Shown one piece after another: positions 33,490-41,714 of a stretch of 41,714 bases of DNA. A program made the position numbers and the translations under genes. The notes under the pieces were generated by a model. That model saw nothing but the letters and a program-made list of their open reading frames with translations, ran no database searches and was not told where the DNA came from. Position 1 is the stretch's first letter, and every line of letters starts with the position of its first letter. Source of the DNA: Deltaproteobacteria bacterium (lineage in GTDB: Bacteria > Desulfobacterota > GWC2-55-46); contig JACRNN010000045.1 in the NCBI GenBank assembly GCA_016234955.1, positions 1 to 41,714 of the forward strand, read 5' to 3'.

Positions 33490-34160
33490 CTTCTGAATAC
33501 GAGCGCGGCCCACTCCCCCGACAGATAAGACCTGCGCGGCTTGAGCCCCAAAGAGGAGTAAGCGCCCCTGACATTATCCGCCTCTTCCCTGAGGATGCCG
33601 GAGAGTATCAAAAACCCGCCTATCCCCACCTTGGCGCTGATATCCGCCGAGAGCCCTATAAGAGAGCCGGCGAGTATGTTGGCCACGACGATATCAAAAC
33701 TCCCGCGTATTGCGGCAACAGGCCTCCCGGTGAGCTTGAGCGCGGCCCCGTTCCCGCGCGCGTTCTTCCTCGCCACCCTTAACGCCACAGGGTCTATCTC
33801 CGTGCCCACGGCCCTCTCTATCCCGAGTTTCTTTGCGGCTATGGCGAGATTCCTGTCCTTATACGGCGATTTAAGCGTTATCTCCCAGCCGATACCGCGA
33901 AGCCCGGCCTCAAGCCCCTCTATCCCGGACGTCGATGGCCCGTCGATATACGCCCTGTACGATATCGCCCCGTGGGCGCAGGCGTCCTGCGCAATCTCGT
34001 CCTCCCACCTGCTGAACTGGACAAGCCTGCCGACCTCCGTGCCGCCGGGTCCCGCTTCCTCAAGGACACCGGGGCTGCCGGCGCGTATCAGGAGGAGCGC
34101 CGCCTCTTCCTTGCCCTCGCACGGGCCCGTGGCCCTTATCTCCATCCACCCCGCGGCCAC
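33486..34160 (-). CDS. prmA: Ribosomal protein L11 methyltransferase PrmA-like, with in-frame internal deletion removing the SAM-binding motif I region
   Basis: The N-domain (WMEIRATGP...) and the C-terminal part (LAIAAKKLGIERAVGTEIDP..., FDIVVANILAG, GGFLILSGIL) match PrmA. The segment equivalent to E. coli ...DPGLAFGTGTHPTTSLCL...DFGCGSGI (about 75 aa) is missing between ...KSPYKD and RNLAIAA, at about 33850-33860. Confidence 0.7.
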   Translation of the reverse strand: MAAGWMEIRATGPCEGKEEAALLLIRAGSPGVLEEAGPGGTEVGRLVQFSRWEDEIAQDACAHGAISYRAYIDGPSTSGIEGLEAGLRGIGWEITLKSPYKDRNLAIAAKKLGIERAVGTEIDPVALRVARKNARGNGAALKLTGRPVAAIRGSFDIVVANILAGSLIGLSADISAKVGIGGFLILSGILREEADNVRGAYSSLGLKPRRSYLSGEWAALVFRR

Positions 34161-34169
34161 TGTCGCGCC

Positions 34170-34658
34170 CTACGACCTCATGTTCACGTACTGGAGGTTC
34201 AAGTCGAGGTCCTTGCCCTTGAGCATCTGTATGACCTCCTGAAGGTCGTCTATATTCTTGCCGCTCACCCTTATCTGCTCGTCCTGTATCTGGGCCTGTA
34301 CCTTGATCTTGGAATCCTTTATTATTTTGGTTATCTCCTTAGCCTTCTCAACCTGTATGCCCTGGAGTATCTTTATGGACTGCCTCTTCAACCCGCCTGA
34401 GGCCTCCTCCACCTTCCCGTACTCGATCGATTTGAGCGATACCCCGCGCTTGACGAACTTCGTCTGGAGTATATCGATGACGCTCTTGAGCTTGTTGTCG
34501 TCGTCGCCGACCACGGTTATCTCCTCTTTCTTGTCCCACTTTATCTCGCTCTTGGAGCCCTTGAAGTCGTACCTCTGCTGTATCTCCTTGATTGCCTGGT
34601 TGACCGCGTTGTCCACCTCCTGCGTGTCCACCTTTGAGACGATATCGAACGACGGCAT
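34170..34658 (-). CDS. yajQ: YajQ-family (UPF0234) nucleotide / c-di-GMP-binding protein
   Basis: A 162-aa ORF: [35 protein letters not shown]...[27 protein letters not shown], a hallmark YajQ sequence. Confidence 0.9.
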   Translation of the reverse strand: MPSFDIVSKVDTQEVDNAVNQAIKEIQQRYDFKGSKSEIKWDKKEEITVVGDDDNKLKSVIDILQTKFVKRGVSLKSIEYGKVEEASGGLKRQSIKILQGIQVEKAKEITKIIKDSKIKVQAQIQDEQIRVSGKNIDDLQEVIQMLKGKDLDLNLQYVNMRS

Positions 34659-34696
34659 GGCTGGAACCTCCGTTTTTATGGTTTAATGTATTAACG

Positions 34697-35362
34697 CTAC
34701 GGCCTCACCACCGTGGCGCCCTTCGGCGCTTTGAACTCGAAGAACGAGTCCTGCCGTGCTTCGCCCGTCTTTATGTTCATGAAGCTCACACGAGTCTCGT
34801 TGCCGAAGCTGTCTTCTATGGCCGTCCTTACGACGAGGAAGGTCGTCCTGTCCACGTCGATGAGTATCCTCATTATGTTCAGGTTCGCCTCCCTGGGGAC
34901 GAGCGAGAGCCTGTAGGAGTCCTTGCCCTGCGAAGTCAGGGATATCTCGAACTGCTGCCTCACCTTTCCGACGCCGGTGAGGAAGTCGGTAGCTATGCTC
35001 GAGGCCGCCGCATCGACGGGCCTTTCCATGACCTGGTTCAGGTCCGGCTGGTATATCCAGACCGTCTTGCCGTTGCTTGCGACCTCGTCCCTTGTCGGGG
35101 CCGAGTATATCCACCTCATCTTGCCCGGCTTTTTGAAGTAGACCCTGCCCCTCGATGTCATCGTCGTTTTTGTCGCCTTCGACGAGAACTCCTGCGTAAA
35201 GTCCGCCGAAAGCGCGGTTATGGAGTCGTACCTGCTCTGGAGGCCGTCGATGACTTTATCAAGCTCCGTAGCCCCCGCTGTTCCGGCAATGGACAGAACC
35301 ATCGCGATGAGCAGTAACTGAAGATATTTTCCGGGGCAGTGCGTGCGTTTTGGCTTTATCAT
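34697..35362 (-). CDS. lolA: Outer-membrane lipoprotein carrier protein LolA
   Basis: Track ORF trimmed to the ATG at 35362; an alternative is 35380. It has a signal peptide. Features include LQSRYDSITALSADFTQE, GRVYFKKPGKMRWIY and VWIYQPDLNQV. Confidence 0.85.
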   Translation of the reverse strand: MIKPKRTHCPGKYLQLLLIAMVLSIAGTAGATELDKVIDGLQSRYDSITALSADFTQEFSSKATKTTMTSRGRVYFKKPGKMRWIYSAPTRDEVASNGKTVWIYQPDLNQVMERPVDAAASSIATDFLTGVGKVRQQFEISLTSQGKDSYRLSLVPREANLNIMRILIDVDRTTFLVVRTAIEDSFGNETRVSFMNIKTGEARQDSFFEFKAPKGATVVRP

Positions 35363-35432
35363 GTCTCCCCTAATGAACATGTCCGAAACAAGCTCCGAGA
35401 TACCCGTGGGAATAAGGCGCGATCCCGCCGCC

Positions 35433-37583
35433 CTATTTTTTGAGGAGCACCTCTCTGGGGCGGCTCCCCTGGGCCGGGCCGACTATCCCCTCCTTCTCCA
35501 TCCTCTCTATTATACGAGCCGCGGTATTGTACCCGATCCTGAAGCGCCTCTGTATGTAGGAGGTCGATATCATCTCGATCTGCGAGGCCATCTCAACGGC
35601 CTCGTAATACCTCTTCATGAACTCCGCGCCTAACTCCGCCTCCTCGCCGTCCGCCGCCTCGTCCAACTCCTCTATTATCATCGTCTCGTCGTAGACCGGC
35701 CCGCCCTGCTTCTTCCAGAAGTCCGTGACCTTCTTTATCTCCGTCTCGGAGACGTAGGCCCCGTGTATCCTCTGAAGTTTGGAGGTGCCCGGCGGCAGGA
35801 AGAGCATGTCGCCCTGGCCGAGAAGCGTCTCCGCGCCGCCCGAGTCCAATATCGTCCTCGAATCCGTCCTCGAAGGGAGCTGGAACGCTATGCGCGCCGG
35901 GAAGTTCGTCTTTATGAGGCCCGTGACGACGTCCACGGACGGCCGCTGCGTGGCTATCATGAGGTGTATGCCGGAGGCCCGGGCCATCTGCGAGAGCCGC
36001 ACAAGGCAGTCCTCGACGTCCTTGCCCGAGGTCATCATCAGGTCCGCGAGCTCGTCTATTATGACGACGATGTAGGGGAGCCTCTTGCTCTCGCCCTCCG
36101 CGCCGTCATCCGTCTCGTTCATCATCTGGTTGTACTTGTCTATGTTCTTGGCCCCCTTCTCGGCCATGAGCCTGTACCGCCTGCCCATCTCAATGACGAT
36201 GCTCCTCAAGGCCCCGGCGGCCTTCTTGGGGTCGGTTATGACCGGGGTTATGAGGTGGGGGATTCCTTCGTACGCGGAGAGCTCGAGCATCTTCGGGTCC
36301 ACCATGAGGAACCTCACCTCCTCGGGCGTGGCCTTGTAGAGGATGCTCAATATCATTGCGTTCACCGAGACGCTCTTTCCGGTGCCGGTGGCCCCGGCCA
36401 CGAGGAGGTGGGGCATGCGGGCGAGGTCGGCCACATAGGGGGCCCCGGAGATGTCCTTGCCGAGCGCGAGGGAGAGGCGCGACCTGCTCCTAACGAACGC
36501 CGGGCACTCCATCATCTCGCGCAGGACTATGGTCTCCCTCTCGGGGTTGGGCACCTCTATGCCGACCACCGATTTGCCGGGTATCGGCGCTATGATCCTT
36601 ATCGACATCGCCTTCATCGCGAGCGCCAGGTCGTCCGAGAGGCTCGTGATCCTGTTCACCTTCACGCCGGGGGCGGGCTCGAACTCGTACATCGTCACCA
36701 CCGGCCCTGGCATCACCTCGAGCACCCTGCCCTCGATGCCGAAGTCCAGGAGCTTTTTCTCGAGTATCTTGCTGGTCTCGATGATCTTCTTGCTGTCGAC
36801 GGAGCCGCCCTTTACAGCCACCTGGTCAAGGAGGCTGAGCGGCGGGAGCCTGAATATACCCTTCGGGGTCGAGAACTCGAGGACCTCAACCGCCTCTTCG
36901 GCCTGCCTCTTGCTGTTGTGTATCTTAGGGGCGGTAACGGCCGTGGCCGCGGCCTTTGCCGATACCGGCCTTTTCACGGCGGCCAATGGCTCCTCCGGCT
37001 CGATGCGCCCTTCGTCCATTGGCTCGATCCGCGAGGTGTCGTCCCCAGGCCTCCTCAACCTCGTTGCTACGGCCTTCAAGGCCCCGCCGGCGCGCGGTGT
37101 CAGCTTCACCCCGAACTGCACTAACGAGAAGCCCGTGGCAATGAGCACGGCTATGAGGATTATGGCGGAGAGTATTATGACCGAGCCGGTGACCCCGAGG
37201 TACCCGGCGAGCACGCGGCTCAAGAACGCGCCTATGACCCCTCCAGGGCCCTCGCCTCCGAGGACCTCGCTCAAGAGCGCGGAAGAGGCCGCGATAAGGA
37301 CGGCGAAGCTTATAGGGACGGCTATCTGAAACCTTACAAGGCGCCTCAAGAGGAACTCTATCGAGACTATGGCGAGGAGGAACGGGAATACGTAGGAGGT
37401 GTAGCCGATGGCGCGCAGGAAGAGCCGGGCCAGACGGTCCCCTACGACCCCGCCCCAGTTCGCGGCGCTGTAGTAGGAGAAGAGGCTCACGGCCGTGTAG
37501 AGCGAAAGGGCCAGCAGGACTATGCCCGCTATCTCCTGGTTGAGCCCCTTGCCGGTATCTTTTGATTTTTTGGGATTGGCCAT
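35433..37583 (-). CDS. ftsK: DNA translocase FtsK
   Basis: A 716-aa ORF with N-terminal TM helices, Walker A (AGATGTGKSV), IVVIIDELADLMM, and a gamma-domain winged helix (YIQRRFRIGYNTAARIIERMEKEGIVG). Confidence 0.95.
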   Translation of the reverse strand: MANPKKSKDTGKGLNQEIAGIVLLALSLYTAVSLFSYYSAANWGGVVGDRLARLFLRAIGYTSYVFPFLLAIVSIEFLLRRLVRFQIAVPISFAVLIAASSALLSEVLGGEGPGGVIGAFLSRVLAGYLGVTGSVIILSAIILIAVLIATGFSLVQFGVKLTPRAGGALKAVATRLRRPGDDTSRIEPMDEGRIEPEEPLAAVKRPVSAKAAATAVTAPKIHNSKRQAEEAVEVLEFSTPKGIFRLPPLSLLDQVAVKGGSVDSKKIIETSKILEKKLLDFGIEGRVLEVMPGPVVTMYEFEPAPGVKVNRITSLSDDLALAMKAMSIRIIAPIPGKSVVGIEVPNPERETIVLREMMECPAFVRSRSRLSLALGKDISGAPYVADLARMPHLLVAGATGTGKSVSVNAMILSILYKATPEEVRFLMVDPKMLELSAYEGIPHLITPVITDPKKAAGALRSIVIEMGRRYRLMAEKGAKNIDKYNQMMNETDDGAEGESKRLPYIVVIIDELADLMMTSGKDVEDCLVRLSQMARASGIHLMIATQRPSVDVVTGLIKTNFPARIAFQLPSRTDSRTILDSGGAETLLGQGDMLFLPPGTSKLQRIHGAYVSETEIKKVTDFWKKQGGPVYDETMIIEELDEAADGEEAELGAEFMKRYYEAVEMASQIEMISTSYIQRRFRIGYNTAARIIERMEKEGIVGPAQGSRPREVLLKK

Positions 37584-37666
37584 ATTCTCAGACCGTTACG
37601 TCAGCCTTTGCAGACTACGCCCCTGCATGCAAATGGCGCCTCAAAGGCCGCGCCGGGCGGAGGGGG

Positions 37667-38818
37667 CTAAAGGTTCCTGAACTGCTTGCTCAAGGTTATC
37701 GACTGGTACTGGTAAGACGACCCGATCTTGGGGCCGTAGACCTTGTCCGGGACCTCCATCATCTTCTCGAAGTGGAGCTTGCAGAAGGTCTGGCCGTCGG
37801 CTATCATGAAGGGCACGTCATGGGCCCTGACCTCCAGGACGGCCTTTGTCCCCTTGACCTCGCCCTTGAGCCCAAAGCCGAAGCCCGGGTCGAAAAACCC
37901 GGCGTAGTGCGTCCTCAATTCCCCGGAGCCGGCCTCGTACGCGACCATCTCGGCGGCGTAGCTCGGGGGCACGCGTATCTTCTCCTTGGAGCTCAATATG
38001 TAGAAGTCCTCGGGCTCGAGTATCAACGTGGACTTGCTGTTCCTGTAGATAGGCTCCCAGAAGTCCGCTATGGAGTAGTGGTTCCTCTTCGTCAGGTCCA
38101 CGACGTGGCTGTTCCTCTTGGACTTGTAGCCTATGACCTTCGTGGAGTCGTCCCCGGCGAGGTCGACGCTCATGTAGAGCCCCTTTGATATCTTTACCTG
38201 CCCGGCGCGAAGAAACTTATCCCCGTCGTATAGCAGGCGCGAGGTCCCGTGGAGCGACTTGAGCCTCGAGTCCGTCAGGGCGCACTCCCCGTTCATGAGC
38301 CTGAGCTGGACGAGGGACTGCCCCTGCCTCACCTTTATGGTAAAGGACCTCGGCATCACCTCGACGAAGAGCCTGCCCCTGTAACCGCTCGCGATGTCGT
38401 CGAAACGGGGGTTGCGGTCGGTCAACACCCTGGCGAATATGTCGAGCCTGCCGGTCGTGCTCTTTGGGTTGGCCCTGCCCTTGACGCCCTCCGGGAGGTT
38501 GAGCTCCTCCATGAGGGGGATTAGGTAGACGTGCCCCTTCTCCAATATCCCGCCGTTCGAGATGTCGGTCTCGTACATGACGAGGTCCGAGCCGTAGGCG
38601 TCCGGGGTGTGTATCTTCTCCACGACGTCGTGGCTCTCCGGCAGGAAGCTTGAGACGAGCCTGAAGGCCCTGTCCCCGAGCCTCAAGTCCATGCTCGCCG
38701 GCTGTATCTGCTCGTCGGCGATAGGGGCGCCTTTTGAGAATATCCTCTTCCTCGACGCCGCTTTTTTGATGAGCTGGCAGGACAAGACCCCGGTGTTTTT
38801 CCGGTTATCCATGAACAT
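37667..38818 (-). CDS. Long-form 2'-deoxycytidine 5'-triphosphate deaminase (DCD family)
   Basis: A 383-aa ORF. IQPASMDLRLG and the duplicated dUTPase-like fold pattern fit this family, as does its length. The family call is from memory of PF06559-type proteins. Confidence 0.6.
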   Translation of the reverse strand: MFMDNRKNTGVLSCQLIKKAASRKRIFSKGAPIADEQIQPASMDLRLGDRAFRLVSSFLPESHDVVEKIHTPDAYGSDLVMYETDISNGGILEKGHVYLIPLMEELNLPEGVKGRANPKSTTGRLDIFARVLTDRNPRFDDIASGYRGRLFVEVMPRSFTIKVRQGQSLVQLRLMNGECALTDSRLKSLHGTSRLLYDGDKFLRAGQVKISKGLYMSVDLAGDDSTKVIGYKSKRNSHVVDLTKRNHYSIADFWEPIYRNSKSTLILEPEDFYILSSKEKIRVPPSYAAEMVAYEAGSGELRTHYAGFFDPGFGFGLKGEVKGTKAVLEVRAHDVPFMIADGQTFCKLHFEKMMEVPDKVYGPKIGSSYQYQSITLSKQFRNL

Positions 38819-39044
38819 ATCCCCTGGTCTGATTCAGGTTATTTCCTCAAGCCTGATATGATACATAAAAAGAGGGCGGATTTAAAGATCTTTTCTTGGG
38901 TTGCGTCCGTGCCGGGAAGAGGCCGGACCCCGGCATCGACGCGAGGGGCAGGCGAGCGAATAGAAAATAGAAATAGATACTTCCTTCTTTCGCGCCCGGC
39001 CGCTAAAAGGTTCGGCTGGCGCCGTAGCCGGGCTCTTTTGATAT

Positions 39045-39073
39045 TTACCGCAGTAAATGTTTTGTGGTATAGT
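39045..39073 (+). promoter_or_regulatory. Candidate promoter of hicBA (extended -10)
   Basis: TTTACC (39045-39050), a 17-nt spacer containing TG at 39065-39066, then TATAGT (39068-39073), 20 nt upstream of the hicB ATG. Confidence 0.35.
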
Positions 39074-39093
39074 GTTGCGTGGAGGTGGCGAAC

Positions 39094-39300
39094 ATGAGAC
39101 AGGTTATTATTTATCCCGGTGAAGACGGCTACTGGGTCGTAGAGTGTCCAAGCCTTCCTGGTTGCATAAGTCAGGGCAAAACAAAAGAGGAAGCTCTCGA
39201 AAATATCAAAGAGGCCATAGCTCTTTACGTCGAGGGGCTTGAAGAAAAAGGCCTGCCGGTCCCTGAAGACCGTTTTGAAACAATCCTCGTCGCCGTATGA
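39094..39300 (+). CDS. hicB: HicB-family antitoxin
   Basis: Track ORF trimmed to the ATG at 39094, with GGAGGTG upstream. The sequence MRQVIIYPGEDGYWVVECPSLPGCISQGKTKEEALENIKEAI is the UPF0150/HicB N-domain signature. Confidence 0.85.
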   Translation: MRQVIIYPGEDGYWVVECPSLPGCISQGKTKEEALENIKEAIALYVEGLEEKGLPVPEDRFETILVAV

Positions 39301-39518
39301 GCAAGCTTCCCGTCATCTCCGGCCGTGAATGCGTCAAAGCCCTTGAAAAGGCCGGATTTAAAGTCGAACGCCAGAAGGGCAGCCACATCCGCCTTTCGCG
39401 CGAAAACCCCTTCGCTCAAACTACAGTGCCAGACCATAAGGAACTCGACAGAGGCACGCTCCGTTCGATCCTGCGGCACTCCGGCCTCTCCGTCGGAGAG
39501 TTCCTAAAGCTCCTTTAG
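39297..39518 (+). CDS. hicA: HicA-family mRNA interferase toxin
   Basis: A 73-aa ORF, ...ISGRECVKALEKAGFKVERQKGSHIRL..., with an ATGA overlap with hicB. Confidence 0.85.
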   Translation: MSKLPVISGRECVKALEKAGFKVERQKGSHIRLSRENPFAQTTVPDHKELDRGTLRSILRHSGLSVGEFLKLL

Positions 39519-39558
39519 CCGTGGATAAGTAGAAAAGGGGATGGAATGAAAGCCGTGG

Positions 39559-39674
39559 TTAAAATTCTCCGCGGCAAGCCGCGGAGAATTTTCAAGCAAG
39601 GAATTCATCGTTTGTAATTCGCTCGCTCCTCCCCGCGGAAATCTGCGGGGAATCCACGCGCTATGCTTGTTGAC
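39559..39674 (+). repeat. R1-family repeat, long copy C (best preserved)
   Basis: TTAAAATTCTCCGCGG caag CCGCGGAGAATTTT forms a 14-bp perfect stem. It continues CAAGCAAGGAATTCATCGTTTGTAATTCGCTCGCTCCTCCCCGCGGaaatCTGCGGGGAATCCACGCGCTATGCTTGTTGAC. It sits between the convergent hicA and LuxR-family genes. Confidence 0.85.
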
Positions 39675-39730
39675 GGGCGGGAAAATTCAGCTTGTTCACG
39701 GCATGGGCCGATACAAAGGCGGCGCATTAA

Positions 39731-40579
39731 TCATCCCTTGCGGCGTCCCGCCCCTATGGCCATCAGCATGGCGGAGGCCCTGTTCTCAACCCCGATCTTC
39801 CGGTATATATTCTCCAGGTGTTTTTTGACGGTGCATACCTTTATATGCATGATGACTGAGATATCATGATTGCCCTTGCCCTGGGCCAGCCAGTACAGGG
39901 CCTCCTTTTCCCTCAAGGTCAGACCGGTTATCCCCCCTTCCCGAGCCTGCCCGGACGCCACGATGTTCCGCTCTATGGCCGATATCGCCTCCGCATTTCC
40001 ATATGCCTGACAGATATGCGGGGAGATGAGATTGAGCATTAATCTATCCCGCTCCGAGAAGTCCCGCCTGTCCCGATGGAACGCGATGCCTTTAAGTCCG
40101 GACCACATGCATTTAAGCGGCGCGCATATCTGGTATTCAACGTCGTATTTCTTGCAGAATTCATTGTAAAGCGCGAGCCTGCGGTACCGTCTGTCGGATA
40201 GGAAGTCGGATATCTTTACCGCCCGGCATTCCGGCGAGGCGGCGAGGGCCGGGTATCTTCCGGACATCTCCTTTTCAATCTCTCTTTTATATGGATGGCG
40301 CGGCATCCGGTCCTTATAGAGAAGGTTCAGGATAGGGTGTTCATGCAGATGCCTGTTTAAAACGGGTATGTCGTGCGGGGAGATGGATTCCGGGAATTCA
40401 ATCTGGGTGACGGTCTGCGGCTGGGGGGATATTTCACTGCAGGCTACGAAATTGGAGGGGACCGCCCTTGAAATAACGGGCAGGAGGCGGCAACGCCAGC
40501 CATCCAACCTCAAATCCGAGTAGATATCCCGGATGCAACCCATGAGAGTCCGCATGTCGCGATGCGAGAGCCATGTCAT
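39731..40579 (-). CDS. LuxR-family transcriptional regulator with uncharacterised N-terminal sensor region
   Basis: A 282-aa ORF. The C-terminal HTH reads LTLREKEALYWLAQGKGNHDISVIMHIKVCTVKKHLENIYRKIGVENR. Confidence 0.8.
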   Translation of the reverse strand: MTWLSHRDMRTLMGCIRDIYSDLRLDGWRCRLLPVISRAVPSNFVACSEISPQPQTVTQIEFPESISPHDIPVLNRHLHEHPILNLLYKDRMPRHPYKREIEKEMSGRYPALAASPECRAVKISDFLSDRRYRRLALYNEFCKKYDVEYQICAPLKCMWSGLKGIAFHRDRRDFSERDRLMLNLISPHICQAYGNAEAISAIERNIVASGQAREGGITGLTLREKEALYWLAQGKGNHDISVIMHIKVCTVKKHLENIYRKIGVENRASAMLMAIGAGRRKG

Positions 40580-40698
40580 AAGAAGCCTCGGAAGCCGGCG
40601 TATATTCGTCTCAAGACGAATTTACATTACAATACTATTGTAGTTATAGTCAACCGGAGAATGTCAACGCGGTTATATATTTCAGGAGGGATATCTTA

Positions 40699-41124
40699 AT
40701 GAAGACGGACCATTTCAGACAGACCCATGACGAGTTGCTTCAGTTAGCGGGGGAGATATCAAAGTTGCTGACCCCGGCCGAGCTACGGAAGGACGCGACA
40801 AAGGCAAGAAGCCTTCTTTCCAAGCTTGCGGGGAAACTCTCTGTTCACCTCCAGATGGAGGACAACTCCCTTTTCCCGAGCATAGAGAAATACAATGACG
40901 CAAGGCTCAATTCAATGCTCAAGGTGTTTGTCAACGAGATGGGCGGGCTCAAGGACGCCTTCACCAAATATACGAACAAGTGGGCGAACCCCGACCATAT
41001 AAAAAATAACGCCGTGGAGTTCATAAACGAGACCAAGTCCATATTTAACGCCCTTGCGAAGAGGATAAAACAGGAGAACACGGAGCTCTATAAGCTTATA
41101 GACGAATTGGCGGTGGGGAAATAA
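40699..41124 (+). CDS. Hemerythrin-like (HHE cation-binding) domain protein
   Basis: A 141-aa ORF with GGAGGG upstream. Features include HDELLQL, HLQMEDNSLFP and KQENTELY, consistent with a four-helix hemerythrin-type His/Glu pattern. Confidence 0.6.
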   Translation: MKTDHFRQTHDELLQLAGEISKLLTPAELRKDATKARSLLSKLAGKLSVHLQMEDNSLFPSIEKYNDARLNSMLKVFVNEMGGLKDAFTKYTNKWANPDHIKNNAVEFINETKSIFNALAKRIKQENTELYKLIDELAVGK

Positions 41125-41172
41125 CGGCGCCTGACGGCATCTCCGTTCGCGCCAAATAATCTGCTTTTAAAT

Positions 41173-41369
41173 CTCCTCCCCCTTGATGGGGGAGGATGGG
41201 TGGGGGTGAAAAGGATATCACCCTCCCCTCAAATCCCCTCCCGTCGAGGGAGGGGAGGTATAAGGAGATACCCCGCGGCTTGCTACGGGGAGTCCTGTAG
41301 GGCGGGTTAGGCGTAAGCCGTAACCCGCCTGGTGTCAGACGACCATTCGGCGGGTGTGACCCGCCCTAC
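41173..41369. repeat. Mosaic of REP-like hairpins
   Basis: It contains CTCCTCCCCC ttgat GGGGGAGGA; ATCACCCTCCCC...CCCCTCCC gtcga GGGAGGGG (related to 6891-6960); CCCCGCGGCTTGCTACGGGG (R1 hairpin); and GTAGGGCGGGT...ACCCGCCCTAC. Confidence 0.7.
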
Positions 41370-41412
41370 GATTGCCGTCAATAAAAGTCAATAAAAAAAA
41401 GAGAGACGCAAC

Positions 41413-41714
41413 TTGAGCCGAACGGTCAATACCATACTGTTTGTCATCGGCGCCCTGTCTCTTGCCGCCCTTTTTTCGTTGCTCTATCTCCCTTCATCCG
41501 TTATCGCCACAGGCGGGGCGTTCCCGTATACAAAACACGGCGCCACGGTCGGAGGCGAGAACAGGACACAGGACGGCGGGGTCGACAGGTCCGTGACGGG
41601 ACAATGGCCCCCGGTCAACGAGGCCGGGACGTATAAAAAGGGCGAGTGCACCCATTGCCATGAGCCTCATGCGAGCTTCGGGGAGAGCGAGCCGTACCCC
41701 AATGCCTCAAGCTA
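41413..41714 (+). CDS. Multihaem c-type cytochrome, N-terminal fragment (runs off window)
   Basis: My own translation from TTG 41413: LSRTVNTILFVIGALSLAALFSLLYL...AFPYTKHGATVGGENRTQDGGVDRS...GECTHCHEPHASFG. It has a TM/signal segment and a CxxCH followed by xxH, as in paired-CxxCH Geobacter-type cytochromes. Confidence 0.6.
   Translation, partial: MSRTVNTILFVIGALSLAALFSLLYLPSSVIATGGAFPYTKHGATVGGENRTQDGGVDRSVTGQWPPVNEAGTYKKGECTHCHEPHASFGESEPYPNASS

Overview
This is a 41.7-kb chromosomal window from a GC-rich diderm bacterium, probably an uncultured anaerobe. By eye the coding regions are GC-rich with many ATA-Ile and AGG-Arg codons. LolA, a PEP-CTERM protein, multihaem cytochromes and a TGA-encoded selenocysteine candidate fit that picture. 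I call about 40 genes, mostly on the minus strand.

Gene content, in order:
- Signalling block: N-terminal part of a Cys-motif PAS sensor, an MCP, a receiver lacking the acceptor Asp, a NarL-type regulator and a DUF155/RMD1-like protein.
- An exported rhodanese whose catalytic Cys codon is an in-frame TGA followed by a SECIS-like hairpin.
- A CheR methyltransferase translationally coupled (GTGA overlap) to a 978-aa hybrid histidine kinase.
- A P-type ATPase with an N-terminal PTS-EIIA(Ntr)-like domain.
- DsrE-like and TusA sulfur-relay genes, then udp.
- A c-di-GMP block: GGDEF-EAL, PAS-GAF-HD-GYP and a PAS protein, with PilZ/YcgR-like and YajQ genes further on.
- rpe, a disrupted class II ribonucleotide reductase, and a TlpA-like lipoprotein.
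- A minus-strand cluster at 25.6-29.4 kb: Crp-family regulator, an unannotated 52-aa tandem SEC-C miniprotein, a secreted protein made almost only of (K)NPCxx hexapeptide repeats, a monohaem cytochrome c with the same NPC repeats on both termini, a pentahaem cytochrome and a zinc-ribbon miniprotein. This is the most unusual content in the window.
- A decayed bacterioferritin-like remnant, a PEP-CTERM protein and tRNA-Phe.
- Housekeeping genes rsmE, prmA (internally deleted), yajQ, lolA, ftsK and a long dCTP-deaminase.
- hicBA, a LuxR-family regulator, a hemerythrin-like protein and the start of another multihaem cytochrome.

Intergenic DNA is packed with several families of REP/MITE-like hairpin repeats. 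No rRNA, CRISPR array, transposase or integrase gene was seen.
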